From positions 416,001 through 480,000 of the forward strand of contig OZ219865.1 in NCBI GenBank assembly GCA_964291675.2: DNA of 64,000 nucleotides. The letters are read 5' to 3'. Below the pieces are notes generated by a model. That model worked only from the letters and a program-made list of their open reading frames with translations, was not told the origin of the DNA and made no database searches. Positions 42,850-53,413 of the stretch are shown here, in pieces. Made by a program: the position numbers and the translations under genes. Numbering within the stretch: position 1 is the first letter of the stretch; each line of letters opens with the position of its first letter. Source of the DNA: Alphaproteobacteria bacterium. GTDB lineage: Bacteria; Pseudomonadota; Alphaproteobacteria; MPNO01.

Positions 42850-45150
42850 ATGCGAGGCGTGGTCTGTTTATTCGGTCGGTCCCCGGCGCGGGCCGGGGCG
42901 CTGGCCGCGGCACTCGCGGTGTTGGCGTTCTCCGACTTGGCTTGGACGCAAGACGCTCGCGAGCCCGTAAGCGCGATTCGGGTGGAGGGCTCCGAGCGGA
43001 TCGAGCCCGAAACCGTTCGTTCCTACATGACGTTCAAAGCGGGCGCCACGATCGGCGACGCCGACCTGGACGAGTCGCTCAAGCGGCTGTTCGAGACCGG
43101 GCTGTTCGCCGACGTCTCGGTGCGGCGCGAAGGCGATGCGGTCGTGGTCCAGGTCGTCGAGAACCCGATCATCAACCGGATAGCGTTCGAGGGGAATCTG
43201 CGCATCGACGACGAAATCCTGCGCGACGAGATCACCCTCCGACCGCGGGTCGTCTACACCCGGTCCCGGGTCCAGGCCGATCTGCTTCGAATCATCGAAA
43301 TCTACAGAAGCAGCGGCAGGTTCGCCGCCCGGGTGGTGCCGAAGGTGGTCGAGCTTCCGCAGAACCGGGTGAATCTGATCTTCGAGATCCACGAAGGCAG
43401 CCCCACCGATGTCCGCCGGATCACCTTCATCGGCAATACCCGGTTCAGCGACGGCGAGTTGAGGGATGCCATCCAGACCCGGGAGTCCGGGTTCCTGAGC
43501 TTCTTCAGCGGCGGCGACCTCTACGACCCCGATCGGCTGGCGTTCGACAGGGAGCTGCTTCGCCGAAAATACCTGAACGCCGGCTACGCGGATTTCCGCG
43601 TCGTCTCCGCGGTCGCCGAGCTCACGCCCGACCAGGATGCCTTCTTCATCACCTTTACCGTGGAAGAGGGCCAGCGCTACAGGTTCGGCAAGATCGGGGT
43701 GACCAGCGGATTGCGGGACCTCGACGTGACGCGGCTGGCGGAGGTCGTCGGAATCGACGAGGGCGGCCCGTACAGCGCGGAGGACATCGAGGTCGCGACC
43801 ACCGCGCTCACCGAGGCGGCGGGCCGTGCCGGCTACGCCTTCATCGCGGTCAAGCCCGAGACAAAGCGCGATCGCGAGCAGCGGCGCATCGACGTCAGCT
43901 TCCAGATCGAGGAAGGACCGCGGGTCTTCGTCGAGCGAATCGACATCCGCGGCAACCTGCGCACCGAAGATCGGGTGATCCGGCGCGAATTCCGCCTCGT
44001 GGAGGGCGACGCCTTCAACAGCGACTACATTCGCCTCGCGCGCCGCAATCTCCGCAATCTCGGCTTTTTCGAGGAGGTCGAGATCAAGAACGTCCGCGGC
44101 TCCGCGCCCGACCGGACGGTGATAGAGGTCACCGTCAGGGAACGCGCGACCGGAGAGGTGTCGTTCGGCGGCGGCTATTCGACCGCGGTCGGCGCGGTGG
44201 CGGACATCGTGCTGCGCGAGAGGAACCTGCTCGGCAAGGGTCAGGACGCGCGGATACGCGCCCAGCTTGCCCAACGGGAGCAGCAGCTCGAGCTCAACTT
44301 CACCGAACCCTATTTCCTCGACCGCAGGCTGGCCGCCGGGTTCGACGTCTTCAGCACGGCGCGCGATTACCAGGAACAAAGCTCGTTCGACCAGGAGACG
44401 GTGGGCTTTTCGCTGCGCATGGCATACCCGCTGGCCCAGGACTTGCGACAGCGCTGGCGGTACACGCTGCGGCGGGACAACATCATCAGCATCCCGACCG
44501 ACGCCGCGCGGGTGATCTCCGAACAGAAGGGCGCCGCCGTGCTCTCGTCGGTCGGCCATGCGGTGGTCTATGACACGAGAGACAGCCGCTTCTCGCCGCG
44601 CGAAGGGATCCTTGCCAGCATCGACCACGACCTGGCCGGGATCGGCGGGCAGGTGCGGTTCCTGAAGACCGAGGTGAGGGGATCCCTGTTCGTCCCGCTC
44701 ACCGACAGCCTGACCGGCAGCGCGACGCTCGGCAGCGGCTACGTCCACGGGCTCGGCGAAGACATACGCATTCTCGACCGGTTCTTCCTGGGCAGCGACG
44801 AAGTCCGGGGGTTTGCACTTTCCGGCGCCAGTCCGCGCGACCTGGCAACCGGCGATGCGGTCGGCGGGAACTGGTACTATGCGGGATCGTTCGGGGTGTC
44901 CTTTCCGCTCGGACTGCCGAACGACGCCGGGATACGCGGCCGTACCTTCGTGGATTACGGAAGCAGCGGCCTCACGGAGGGCGAGGACCCCGGCATCGCT
45001 GCGGATGCCGGTATACGGGCGGCAGGAGGCGTGGGCTTGACCTGGGCGTCGGTGCTGGGGCCGATGAATATCGATTTCGCGTGGCCCATCCGCAAGGAAG
45101 ATCACGACGAGACCCAGCTCGTGCGCTTCAGTTTCGGAACGAGGTTTTAG
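42850..45150 (+). CDS. bamA: Outer membrane protein assembly factor BamA
   Basis: POTRA repeats, ERNLLGKG, VRGF loop motif and C-terminal FSFGTRF. Confidence 0.96.
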   Translation: MRGVVCLFGRSPARAGALAAALAVLAFSDLAWTQDAREPVSAIRVEGSERIEPETVRSYMTFKAGATIGDADLDESLKRLFETGLFADVSVRREGDAVVVQVVENPIINRIAFEGNLRIDDEILRDEITLRPRVVYTRSRVQADLLRIIEIYRSSGRFAARVVPKVVELPQNRVNLIFEIHEGSPTDVRRITFIGNTRFSDGELRDAIQTRESGFLSFFSGGDLYDPDRLAFDRELLRRKYLNAGYADFRVVSAVAELTPDQDAFFITFTVEEGQRYRFGKIGVTSGLRDLDVTRLAEVVGIDEGGPYSAEDIEVATTALTEAAGRAGYAFIAVKPETKRDREQRRIDVSFQIEEGPRVFVERIDIRGNLRTEDRVIRREFRLVEGDAFNSDYIRLARRNLRNLGFFEEVEIKNVRGSAPDRTVIEVTVRERATGEVSFGGGYSTAVGAVADIVLRERNLLGKGQDARIRAQLAQREQQLELNFTEPYFLDRRLAAGFDVFSTARDYQEQSSFDQETVGFSLRMAYPLAQDLRQRWRYTLRRDNIISIPTDAARVISEQKGAAVLSSVGHAVVYDTRDSRFSPREGILASIDHDLAGIGGQVRFLKTEVRGSLFVPLTDSLTGSATLGSGYVHGLGEDIRILDRFFLGSDEVRGFALSGASPRDLATGDAVGGNWYYAGSFGVSFPLGLPNDAGIRGRTFVDYGSSGLTEGEDPGIAADAGIRAAGGVGLTWASVLGPMNIDFAWPIRKEDHDETQLVRFSFGTRF

Positions 45151-45156
45151 CGGCGC

Positions 45157-45759
45157 ATGCGAACCCGGGCGCCACTCCGTCGCTCCTTGCTGGCGGCCGC
45201 GTTGGCGACCGGCATCCATGCGGCAATGGCCGAGACAACCGCGACCGCCCAGGACGGGCTCCCGTCCATCGGCGTGGTCGATGTGCAGATGATCCTCCGC
45301 AACTCCAAGGCTTCCAAGAGCGTCAGGCCGCAGATCGAGAAGCTGCGCAAGGGTTACCAGGCCTCCGTCAGGGAACGCGAGGCCGAGCTGAGGAAGGCCA
45401 GCCAGGAGCTGCAACGCCAGCGGGCGGTTCTTTCTCCGCAGGCTTTCGCGAAGAGACGGGGGGCGTATGAAGAGCAGGCACGCAAGGCGCAGATCGATTT
45501 TCAGAATCGCAAGCGCCGGCTCGACGACGCCTACAGTACCGCCATGCGCGCCGTCCATCGCTCGATGGTGATCGCCGCGGCCAAGATCGCGGAGGAACGC
45601 GAGTTCGACGTGGTTCTGCCGAAATCCGTCGTGCTTCTCGCCGACCAGAAGCTCGATATCACAGCCGAGGTGCTGCGTCGCGTGGACGAGACATTGCCTT
45701 CGATCACGGTGAGCGTGAAGAAACCCCCGGACCGAACGGCGCCGGCGCCGAACAACTGA
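45157..45759 (+). CDS. skp: OmpH/Skp periplasmic chaperone
   Basis: Signal peptide, IGVVDVQ, long coiled coil and DITAEVL; position between bamA and lpxD. Confidence 0.9.
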   Translation: MRTRAPLRRSLLAAALATGIHAAMAETTATAQDGLPSIGVVDVQMILRNSKASKSVRPQIEKLRKGYQASVREREAELRKASQELQRQRAVLSPQAFAKRRGAYEEQARKAQIDFQNRKRRLDDAYSTAMRAVHRSMVIAAAKIAEEREFDVVLPKSVVLLADQKLDITAEVLRRVDETLPSITVSVKKPPDRTAPAPNN

Positions 45760-45761
45760 CG

Positions 45762-46784
45762 ATGGCGGATCCTCGATTCTTCGACCGCGCCGGTCCGTTC
45801 TCGCTGGCCAGGCTTGCCGAGCTCGCTGGCGCGTCGCTGTGCGCCGACGCCGATCCGGACCGCGAGATCGTCGACGTAGGGCCGCTCCATACGGCCGGTG
45901 CGGAGGAGATCAGCTTTTTCGACAACCGTCGATACGGCGACAGCCTGACCGCCAGCGCGGCGGGCGCCTGCCTGATCCGCGACGCCGATACCGGAATGGC
46001 GCCGGACGACATGGCCCTGCTGGTGACCGAGACGCCGTATCTCGCCTACGCGCGGGTGAGCCGGGCGTTCTATCCCATTCCACCCGTCGAGCCGGGGATC
46101 GCGGCGACAGCGGCGATCGATCCAAGTGCCACGATCGGACCCGGTTGCCGGATCGAGTCCTTCGCCGTGATCGGGGCCCGGGCGGCGATCGGTCCGCGCT
46201 GCCATATCGGGCCGCACGCGGTGATCGGGCAAGGCGTGGCAATCGGCGAGGACGTCCGCATCGGCGCGGGGTGCAGCCTCGGCCACTGTGTCCTCGGTTC
46301 GCGGGTGCGGCTGCTCGCCGGCGTTCGCATCGGCGAGGACGGGTTCGGTTTCGCGACCGACCGGGACGCCGGCGAGCATGTGGGTATTCCCCAGATCGGG
46401 CGCGTGTTGATCGAGGACGATGTCGAGATCGGCGCCAACTCCACGATCGACCGCGGCGCCGGCCCCGACACGGTGATCGGCCGTGGAACCAGGATTGATA
46501 ACCTGGTGCAGATCGGCCACAATGTCGTCCTCGGACGCGGCTGCATCGTTGTCGCTCAAGCCGGCATATCCGGGAGCACCACTCTTGGGGATTTCGCCGC
46601 CGTCGCCGCTCAGGGGGGTGTCGCCGGGCATCTCAGGATCGGCGCCGGCGCAAGGATTGCCGCCAAGGCAGGGGTGATGCGCGATGTCGCGAAGGGAGAA
46701 ACCGTCGCGGGCGCCCCGGCGGTGCCGATCAAGGAGTTTTTTCGCCGCGTTGCCGCCTTGAGTCGGCTGTCGGAACGAAAATAG
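45762..46784 (+). CDS. lpxD: UDP-3-O-acyl-glucosamine N-acyltransferase
   Basis: Hexapeptide repeats, DGFGF and [10 protein letters not shown]. Confidence 0.96.
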   Translation: MADPRFFDRAGPFSLARLAELAGASLCADADPDREIVDVGPLHTAGAEEISFFDNRRYGDSLTASAAGACLIRDADTGMAPDDMALLVTETPYLAYARVSRAFYPIPPVEPGIAATAAIDPSATIGPGCRIESFAVIGARAAIGPRCHIGPHAVIGQGVAIGEDVRIGAGCSLGHCVLGSRVRLLAGVRIGEDGFGFATDRDAGEHVGIPQIGRVLIEDDVEIGANSTIDRGAGPDTVIGRGTRIDNLVQIGHNVVLGRGCIVVAQAGISGSTTLGDFAAVAAQGGVAGHLRIGAGARIAAKAGVMRDVAKGETVAGAPAVPIKEFFRRVAALSRLSERK

Positions 46785-46793
46785 CCACAGCCC

Positions 46794-47261
46794 ATGGACA
46801 GTCTGGACAGCGAAGCGCCGATCACCGATGTCGCGATCGAGCGGGTCATGGAGATGATCCCGCACCGCTACCCGTTTCTGATGATCGACCGGATCCTGGA
46901 GCTCGTCCCCGACAAACGGGCGATCGGCCTCAAGAACGTTTCGATCAACGAAGCGCATTTTCAGGGCCATTTCGAGGGCGAAAAGGTGATGCCGGGAGTC
47001 TTGCTGATCGAAGCGATGGCGCAGACGGCGGCGGTGCTTGTCGTGCAGACCCTGGGACCCGAATCCGAAGGCAAGCTGGTCTATTTCATGTCGGTCGAAG
47101 GTGCCCGCTTCCGCAAGCCCGTGGTACCGGGCGATGCGGTCCGGGTCGAGGTGGAGAAGCTGCGCAACCGTGGCAATGTGTGGAAGTTCGGCGGCAGGGC
47201 CGTGGTCGAGGGCGTGGTTGTGGCCGAAGCGACGTACACGGCGATGATCCGGGACAGCTAG
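46794..47261 (+). CDS. fabZ: 3-hydroxyacyl-ACP dehydratase
   Basis: PHRYPFL, FQGHF and PGVLLIEAMAQ. Confidence 0.97.
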   Translation: MDSLDSEAPITDVAIERVMEMIPHRYPFLMIDRILELVPDKRAIGLKNVSINEAHFQGHFEGEKVMPGVLLIEAMAQTAAVLVVQTLGPESEGKLVYFMSVEGARFRKPVVPGDAVRVEVEKLRNRGNVWKFGGRAVVEGVVVAEATYTAMIRDS

Positions 47262-47266
47262 GCTCG

Positions 47267-48067
47267 ATGGCCGAGATTCACCCCACGGCGATCGTGGAGT
47301 CGGGGGCCGCGCTGGGAGACGGAGTCGTCGTCGGCCCCTACTGCACCGTCGGCCCCGAGGCCGTGCTGCGCGATGGCGTCCGGCTGGTCTCGCACGTGGT
47401 GGTCGCGGGCCGCACCGATATCGGCGCCGAAACCTGCGTCTACCCGTTTGCCTCCATAGGAACGCCGCCGCAGGACCTCAAATACGAGGGGGAACCGTCC
47501 CGGCTGGAGATCGGCGTCCGCAACGTCATCCGCGAATACGTCACCATGAACCCGGGGACCGAGGGCGGCGGCATGCTGACCCGGGTCGGGGACGACGGCC
47601 TGTTCATGGTGGGGGCTCATGTGGCCCATGACTGCCGGGTCGGAAATCACGTCATCTTCGCCAACAACGCGACCCTGGGCGGTCACGTCGTCGTCGGCAA
47701 TTTCGCGATCATCGGCGGGCTGGCCGCGGTTCACCAGCATTGCCGGATCGGCGCGCATGCGATCATCGGCGGGGTGTCGGCGGTTGTGCAGGACGTGATC
47801 CCGTACGGTTCGGCGACCGGCGACCGCGCCCGTCTCATCGGCCTCAACGTGGTGGGGCTTCGCCGCCGGGATTTCCCGCGCAGCGAAGTCCAGGCGCTGC
47901 GCACCGCCTACCGGCTGTTGTTTGCCGAAGAGGGCACGCTTTCCGAACGGCTGGAGGATGTGGCGCGGATGTACGCCGACAACGGGCCGGTGATGGACAT
48001 CGTGGCGTTCATCCGTGCCGATTCGACCCGCGCCATCTGTCAACCCAAATCGGGAAATGCGGGTTAG
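47267..48067 (+). CDS. lpxA: UDP-N-acetylglucosamine O-acyltransferase
   Basis: IHPTAIV, PQDLKY, HVAHDC and LGGHV. Confidence 0.97.
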   Translation: MAEIHPTAIVESGAALGDGVVVGPYCTVGPEAVLRDGVRLVSHVVVAGRTDIGAETCVYPFASIGTPPQDLKYEGEPSRLEIGVRNVIREYVTMNPGTEGGGMLTRVGDDGLFMVGAHVAHDCRVGNHVIFANNATLGGHVVVGNFAIIGGLAAVHQHCRIGAHAIIGGVSAVVQDVIPYGSATGDRARLIGLNVVGLRRRDFPRSEVQALRTAYRLLFAEEGTLSERLEDVARMYADNGPVMDIVAFIRADSTRAICQPKSGNAG

Positions 48068-48878
48068 GATCGGGATTGTCGCCGGCGCCGGCGACATGCC
48101 CGACCGGGTGATCGCGGCATGCCGGGAGCAGGGGCGCGATCCTTTCGTCATCGGGCTGAAGGATCAGGCCCGCCCGGCGTCGTTCTCGCACCCGCCCGAC
48201 GCCTGGATCCGGCTCGGCGAAGCGGGGAAAGGCGTCGATCTTCTCAAATCCGCCGGGGCCAAGGAGGTCGTTCTCGTCGGCGGCGTCAACCGGCCGCCGC
48301 TTCGTTCGCTCCGCCCCGACGCCTGGACGGCGCGCCTCCTCCTGCGCGTCGGACGGTCCTACTATCGCGACGGTTCGGTTCTCGGCGCGATCGCCGCGGC
48401 ACTCGAAGCGGAGGGTCTCCGGGTGGTGGCGCCGGAAACCTTCGCGGCCTCTCTCGCCGCCGAGGCGCGCGCCTATAGCGCCCGCGCGCCCGACGCGACG
48501 GAACGCGCCGACATCGCGCGCGGCTTCGACGCCGCCCGCGCCCTCGGTTCCCTCGATATCGGCCAGGCCGTCGTCGTCCAGCAGGGGCGGGTGATCGGGG
48601 TCGAAGCGGCCGAGGGGACCGATGCGCTCGTCGAGCGCTGCGCGGCGCTGCTCTCTCCGGGCGAGGGGGGCGTGCTGGTCAAGGCCTGCAAGCCCGGGCA
48701 GGACGTCCGTATCGACCTGCCGACGATCGGGCCGCGCACGGTCGCCGGCGCGGCCCGGGCGGGGCTCGCGGGCATCGCGGTCGGGGCCGGGCGCGCGCTG
48801 ATCCTCGACAGCGACGAGGTGGCGCGCCTTGCCGATGCCGCCGGCATGTTCGTCATCGGTATCGGCGGGACGGAGTGA
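48057..48878 (+). CDS. lpxI: UDP-2,3-diacylglucosamine diphosphatase LpxI
   Basis: GIVAGAG, DIGQAVVV, EAAEGTD and KPGQDVRIDLPTIG; position between lpxA and lpxB. Confidence 0.93.
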   Translation: MRVRIGIVAGAGDMPDRVIAACREQGRDPFVIGLKDQARPASFSHPPDAWIRLGEAGKGVDLLKSAGAKEVVLVGGVNRPPLRSLRPDAWTARLLLRVGRSYYRDGSVLGAIAAALEAEGLRVVAPETFAASLAAEARAYSARAPDATERADIARGFDAARALGSLDIGQAVVVQQGRVIGVEAAEGTDALVERCAALLSPGEGGVLVKACKPGQDVRIDLPTIGPRTVAGAARAGLAGIAVGAGRALILDSDEVARLADAAGMFVIGIGGTE

Positions 48879-48890
48879 GGAGCGGTTCCC

Positions 48891-50081
48891 GTGGAACCCC
48901 TCTCGCCGTTGTTCTTCTTCATCGCCGGAGAACCGTCTGGAGACGAGATCGGCGGCCGGCTGATCGCGGCGCTGCGCGAGCAGACCGGCGGAAACATGCG
49001 CATTGCCGGGATCGGCGGCGAGGCGATGGCCGCCGAGGGGCTAAACAGCCTGTTTCCGGTCGAGGAGCTCTCCGTCATGGGGCTCGTCGAGGTGGTGCCG
49101 CGGGCGCTCGGGATCGTGCGCCGCATGTCGCAGACCGCCCGCGCGATACGCCGTCTTGCGCCCGACGCCGTGGTGACCATCGACGCGCCGGCCTTCGCGA
49201 ACGGCGTGTGGCGCCGCCTTGGCGAGGTCGACGCCGCGTTGATCCACTACGTTGCGCCCACGGTGTGGGCATGGCGCGCGGGCCGGGCCCGCAAGCTGGC
49301 CCGCAAGATCGACCATCTACTCGCCCTGTTTCCCTTCGAGCCGCCGCATTTCGCGGCGGAAGGGCTCGACTGCACGTTCGTCGGCCACCCGGTGCTGGAA
49401 ACCGAAATCGCGGCCGATGACGGGGCTTCCTTCCGGGCGCGCCACGGCATTTCCGCCGGCCCGGCGATCGGCCTGCTGCCGGGAAGCCGCCGCGGCGAGA
49501 TTTGCCGCCTCATGCCGGTCTTCGTCGATGCGGCGCGACGGATCGCGGATGCCATGCCCGACATCCGGGCGGTGATACCCGCCGTGCCGGCCCATGCCGC
49601 GCTGATCCGGGAGGCCGCCGCCGAGCTGCCGGTCCCGGTCACGGTCACCGCCGAGCGCGGCGAGCGCCACGCGGCGATGGCGGCATGCGATGCCGCGATC
49701 GCCGCGTCGGGCACGGTGTCGCTCGACCTCGCGCTTGCCGGCGTGCCGATGGCCATCGCCTACAAGGTCAACCCGCTGACCGCGACGATCCTGCGGCGGA
49801 TGATCCGGGTTCGCCATGCGACGATCGTCAACCTGGTGCTTGACCGGCCGGCGATCCCCGAGTTTCTTCAGGAGCGCTGCACCGGGGCCGCTTTGGCCGA
49901 AGCCGCGCTCTCGCTGTTGCGCGACGAAGGGGCGAGGCGCACACAGCTTGAGGCGACGGCGAGCGCCCTCGCCGCGCTGCGCCCCGACGGCACGAGACCG
50001 AGCGCCCGGGCAGCCGCGGCGATACTGGACGTCGTGCGCCGCCGGACGAAGCCGCGCATCGAACAGGGAGCAGTCACATGA
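48891..50081 (+). CDS. lpxB: Lipid-A-disaccharide synthase
   Basis: AGEPSGD, YVAPTVWAWR, FVGHP, LPGSR and ASGT. Confidence 0.96.
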   Translation: MEPLSPLFFFIAGEPSGDEIGGRLIAALREQTGGNMRIAGIGGEAMAAEGLNSLFPVEELSVMGLVEVVPRALGIVRRMSQTARAIRRLAPDAVVTIDAPAFANGVWRRLGEVDAALIHYVAPTVWAWRAGRARKLARKIDHLLALFPFEPPHFAAEGLDCTFVGHPVLETEIAADDGASFRARHGISAGPAIGLLPGSRRGEICRLMPVFVDAARRIADAMPDIRAVIPAVPAHAALIREAAAELPVPVTVTAERGERHAAMAACDAAIAASGTVSLDLALAGVPMAIAYKVNPLTATILRRMIRVRHATIVNLVLDRPAIPEFLQERCTGAALAEAALSLLRDEGARRTQLEATASALAALRPDGTRPSARAAAAILDVVRRRTKPRIEQGAVT

Positions 50082-50497
50082 CCGATGCCTCGGACAAGAC
50101 ACACTACCGCTTGCTCCACGCCATGATCCGGGTGAAGGACCTCGATAAATCGCTCGACTTCTACACCCGGCATCTCGGCATGCGCCTGCTGAGGCGTCGC
50201 GAGTTTCCCGACGGTCGGTTCACCCTGGCCTTCGTGGGCTACGGCGAGGAGGCCGACAACACGGTGATCGAGCTGACCCACAACTGGGATCAGGAGGACG
50301 CCTACGACCTCGGCTCGGCCTTCGGCCATCTCGCGGTCGCGGTGCCCGATGTGTACGGCACCTGCGAGGCGCTGGAGAAGGAGGGGGTCGGCATTCCCCG
50401 TCCGCCGGGGCCGATGAAGTTCGGCGGCAGCCAGACCCACATGGCGTTCATCGAGGACCCGGACGGCTACCGGATCGAATTGATCCAGCGATCGTAG
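50078..50497 (+). CDS. gloA: Lactoylglutathione lyase (glyoxalase I)
   Basis: LHAMIRV, FTLAFVGYG, IELTHNW, FGHLA and DPDGYRIEL. Confidence 0.94.
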   Translation: MTDASDKTHYRLLHAMIRVKDLDKSLDFYTRHLGMRLLRRREFPDGRFTLAFVGYGEEADNTVIELTHNWDQEDAYDLGSAFGHLAVAVPDVYGTCEALEKEGVGIPRPPGPMKFGGSQTHMAFIEDPDGYRIELIQRS

Positions 50498-50505
50498 AGC
50501 GCCGC

Positions 50506-51834
50506 TCAGCCGCGCTCGGCGAGCGGTACGAAGCCGCGCTGCTCGTAGCCGGTGTAGAGCTGGCGCGGCCGGCCGATCTTCTGGTTGGGGTCCTCGACCA
50601 TCTCGTTCCACTGGGCGACCCATCCCACCGTGCGGGCGACGGCGAACAGCACCGTGAACATGCTGACCGGGATGCCGATCGCCTTGAAGATGATGCCCGA
50701 ATAGAAGTCGACATTGGGGTACAGGCGGCGCTCGACGAAATAGCTGTCTTCGAGGGCGATGCGCTCGAGCTCCAGCGCCAGCTCGAGCAGCGGCTCGTGC
50801 TCGATTCCGAGCTCTCTCAGCACCTCGTGGCACGACTCGCGCATCAGCCGCGCGCGCGGATCGAAATTCTTGTAGACCCGGTGTCCGAAGCCCATCAGGC
50901 GAAACGGGTGGTCGGGGTCCCTGGCCTTGTCGATGAATTCGCCGATGCGGTTGGGACTGCCGATCTCGTTGAGCATGTTGAGCACCGCCTCGTTGGCGCC
51001 GCCATGGGCGGGGCCCCAGAGGCTGGCGATCCCGGCCGCTATGCAGGCGAACGGGTTGGCGCCGCTCGATCCGGCGAGCCGGACGGTCGAGGTCGAGGCG
51101 TTCTGTTCGTGATCGGCGTGCAGGATCAGGATGCGGTCGAGCGCCCTGGCGATCACCGGGCTGACCTCGTAATCCCCGGCCGGCGTCGCGAACAGCATGT
51201 GAAGGAAGTTCTCGGCGTAGTTGAGGTTGTTGCGCGGATAGATGAAGGGCTGGCCGAGCGAGTACTTGAACGCCCAGGCCGCGATTGTCGGCATCTTGGC
51301 GATCATCCGGTATGACGCCACCATGCGCTGGTAGGGATCGCCGATATCGGTGCTGTCGTGGTAGAAGGCCGAGAGCGCCCCGACGACGCCGCACATGATG
51401 GCCATGGGATGGGCATCGCGGCGGAACCCGTCGATGAACTTGTGCAGCTGCTCGTGCACCATGGTGTGATGCGTGATGGAGTGCACGAAGCGGTCCTTTT
51501 CCTCCTTCGTCGGCAGCTCGCCGTAGAGCAGGAGGTAGCAGACCTCCATGAAGTCGCTGTGCGCCGCAAGCTCCTCGATCGCATAGCCGCGATGGAGCAG
51601 GGTGCCGGCCTCGCCGTCGATGAAGGTGATCTTGGACTCACAACTGCCAGTAGCGGTAAAGCCCGGGTCGTAGGTGAACATGTCGGTCGCGCCGTAGAGC
51701 TTGCGCACGTCGATGACCTTGGGGCCGCAGGTGCCCTGCAGCACGGGAAACGTGACCTGCTCGCCGGAGGCGTTGTTGACGATCGTAACGCTGTCCTCCG
51801 GCGAAGCACCGTTGCCGGTCGGGTCGCTGCTCAT
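50506..51834 (-). CDS. gltA: Citrate synthase (type II)
   Basis: [25 protein letters not shown] and YPNVDFYSG; GGAG RBS before ATG 51834. Confidence 0.97.
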   Translation of the reverse strand: MSSDPTGNGASPEDSVTIVNNASGEQVTFPVLQGTCGPKVIDVRKLYGATDMFTYDPGFTATGSCESKITFIDGEAGTLLHRGYAIEELAAHSDFMEVCYLLLYGELPTKEEKDRFVHSITHHTMVHEQLHKFIDGFRRDAHPMAIMCGVVGALSAFYHDSTDIGDPYQRMVASYRMIAKMPTIAAWAFKYSLGQPFIYPRNNLNYAENFLHMLFATPAGDYEVSPVIARALDRILILHADHEQNASTSTVRLAGSSGANPFACIAAGIASLWGPAHGGANEAVLNMLNEIGSPNRIGEFIDKARDPDHPFRLMGFGHRVYKNFDPRARLMRESCHEVLRELGIEHEPLLELALELERIALEDSYFVERRLYPNVDFYSGIIFKAIGIPVSMFTVLFAVARTVGWVAQWNEMVEDPNQKIGRPRQLYTGYEQRGFVPLAERG

Positions 51835-51908
51835 CTCCGTTGTCCCCCGTTGGCCAGAAGGTCCGGCGGCGCGCCGGCGCCGGACTCTAATGATTTGGCG
51901 CCCCCGGA

Positions 51909-53342
51909 TCAAATTTCCGGGAGGTCGGGGTCGGGATCGGGAAATTGGAGCGCATCGCGGATGCGGCCGATGGTTTCGTCCCGCCCGAGGATCGCCGCCA
52001 CCTCGAAGATCCCGGGCGAAACGGTGCTGCCGGTGAGGCTTGCCCGGAGCGGTTGCGCGACGGCGCCCAGCTTGACGCCGCGCTGCTGCGCGAGGCCGCG
52101 AACGGCCTGCTCGATCGTGCTCTCGTCCCAGGGATCGATCGCTGCGAGCGTCTCGGCGAGCGCCTCGAGGGAGAATCTGGCGTCGCCGCCCAGGAGCTTC
52201 CGCGCCTTGGCGTCGATCGGAACCGGCCGCTCCCTGACGTAGAAGGCCGCGCTCTCGGCCAGGGCGACGAGGCTGTTCGCGCGCGGCGTGAGACCCGGCA
52301 TCGCCCGGGTCAGCCTCGCCACCCGGCGGTCGTCGAGCGTGGTGCCCGGCGCCTGCTCCAGCCGCGGCCGGATCAGCGCCACCAGAGTATCGGCGTCGGT
52401 TTGCCGGAGGTAATGCGCGTTGAGGCTCATCAGCCGGTCGAGATCGAACCGCGCGGCGCCGCGCCCGATACGGTCGAGGTCGAACCAGGCGATCGCCTGG
52501 TCGCGGCCGATGATCTCGTCGTCGCCATGGCTCCAGCCGAGGCGCACAAGGCCGTTCACCATGGCATCGGGCAGGATTCCCAGCTCGCGATAGGCTTCCA
52601 CGCCGAGCGCGCCGTGCCGCTTTGACAGCTTGGCGCCGTCGGCGCCGTGGATCAGCGGGATATGGGCGTATGCTGGCGGCTCCCAGCCGAGAGCGCGGAA
52701 CAGCTGGGTCTGGCGGAACGCGTTGTTCAAATGGTCGTCGCCGCGGATCGCGTGGGTGATGCCCATCTCGTGGTCGTCGACCACGACGGCAAGCATGTAG
52801 GTCGGCGTGCCGTCGCTCCGCAGCAGCACCATGTCGTCGAGCTGACGGTTGGAAACCCGGACGGTTCCCTGTACCGCGTCCTCGATCGCCGTCTCCCCCT
52901 CGCGCGGCGCCCTGAAGCGGATCGCCGGGTCAACGCCGGCCGGCGCGTCGCCGGGATCGCGGTCGCGCCAGCTTCCGTCATACAGCACCGGCCGGCCTTC
53001 GGCCTTGGCCCGCTTGCGCATTTCGGCAAGCTCCTCCGCTGTGGCATAACAGCGATAGGCTTTGCCCTCGTCGAGCAGGCGGCGCGCCGCCTCGACGTGG
53101 TGCGGGAGGCGCGAGAACTGGCTCACCGGTTGACCGTCCCAGTCGAGACCGAGCCAGGAGAGGCCGTCATAGATCGCCGCCACGGCCTCTTCGGTGGAAC
53201 GGCGGCGGTCGGTGTCTTCGATCCGCAGCAGAAACCGCCCGCCGTGACGCCGCGCGAACAGCCAGTTGAACAGCGCCGTCCGCGCGCCGCCTATATGGAG
53301 GAACCCGGTCGGGGAGGGGGCGAAGCGGGTGACGACCGTCAT
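51909..53342 (-). CDS. gltX: Glutamate--tRNA ligase
   Basis: [21 protein letters not shown] and KLSKRHG. Confidence 0.97.
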   Translation of the reverse strand: MTVVTRFAPSPTGFLHIGGARTALFNWLFARRHGGRFLLRIEDTDRRRSTEEAVAAIYDGLSWLGLDWDGQPVSQFSRLPHHVEAARRLLDEGKAYRCYATAEELAEMRKRAKAEGRPVLYDGSWRDRDPGDAPAGVDPAIRFRAPREGETAIEDAVQGTVRVSNRQLDDMVLLRSDGTPTYMLAVVVDDHEMGITHAIRGDDHLNNAFRQTQLFRALGWEPPAYAHIPLIHGADGAKLSKRHGALGVEAYRELGILPDAMVNGLVRLGWSHGDDEIIGRDQAIAWFDLDRIGRGAARFDLDRLMSLNAHYLRQTDADTLVALIRPRLEQAPGTTLDDRRVARLTRAMPGLTPRANSLVALAESAAFYVRERPVPIDAKARKLLGGDARFSLEALAETLAAIDPWDESTIEQAVRGLAQQRGVKLGAVAQPLRASLTGSTVSPGIFEVAAILGRDETIGRIRDALQFPDPDPDLPEI

Positions 53343-53413
53343 GGCGGCTCCTCGGCGAATCGGCCTTCGCGCGGCGCGGCAACCGGCCGGCGGCGCGGGT
53401 CAGCGCTTACACG

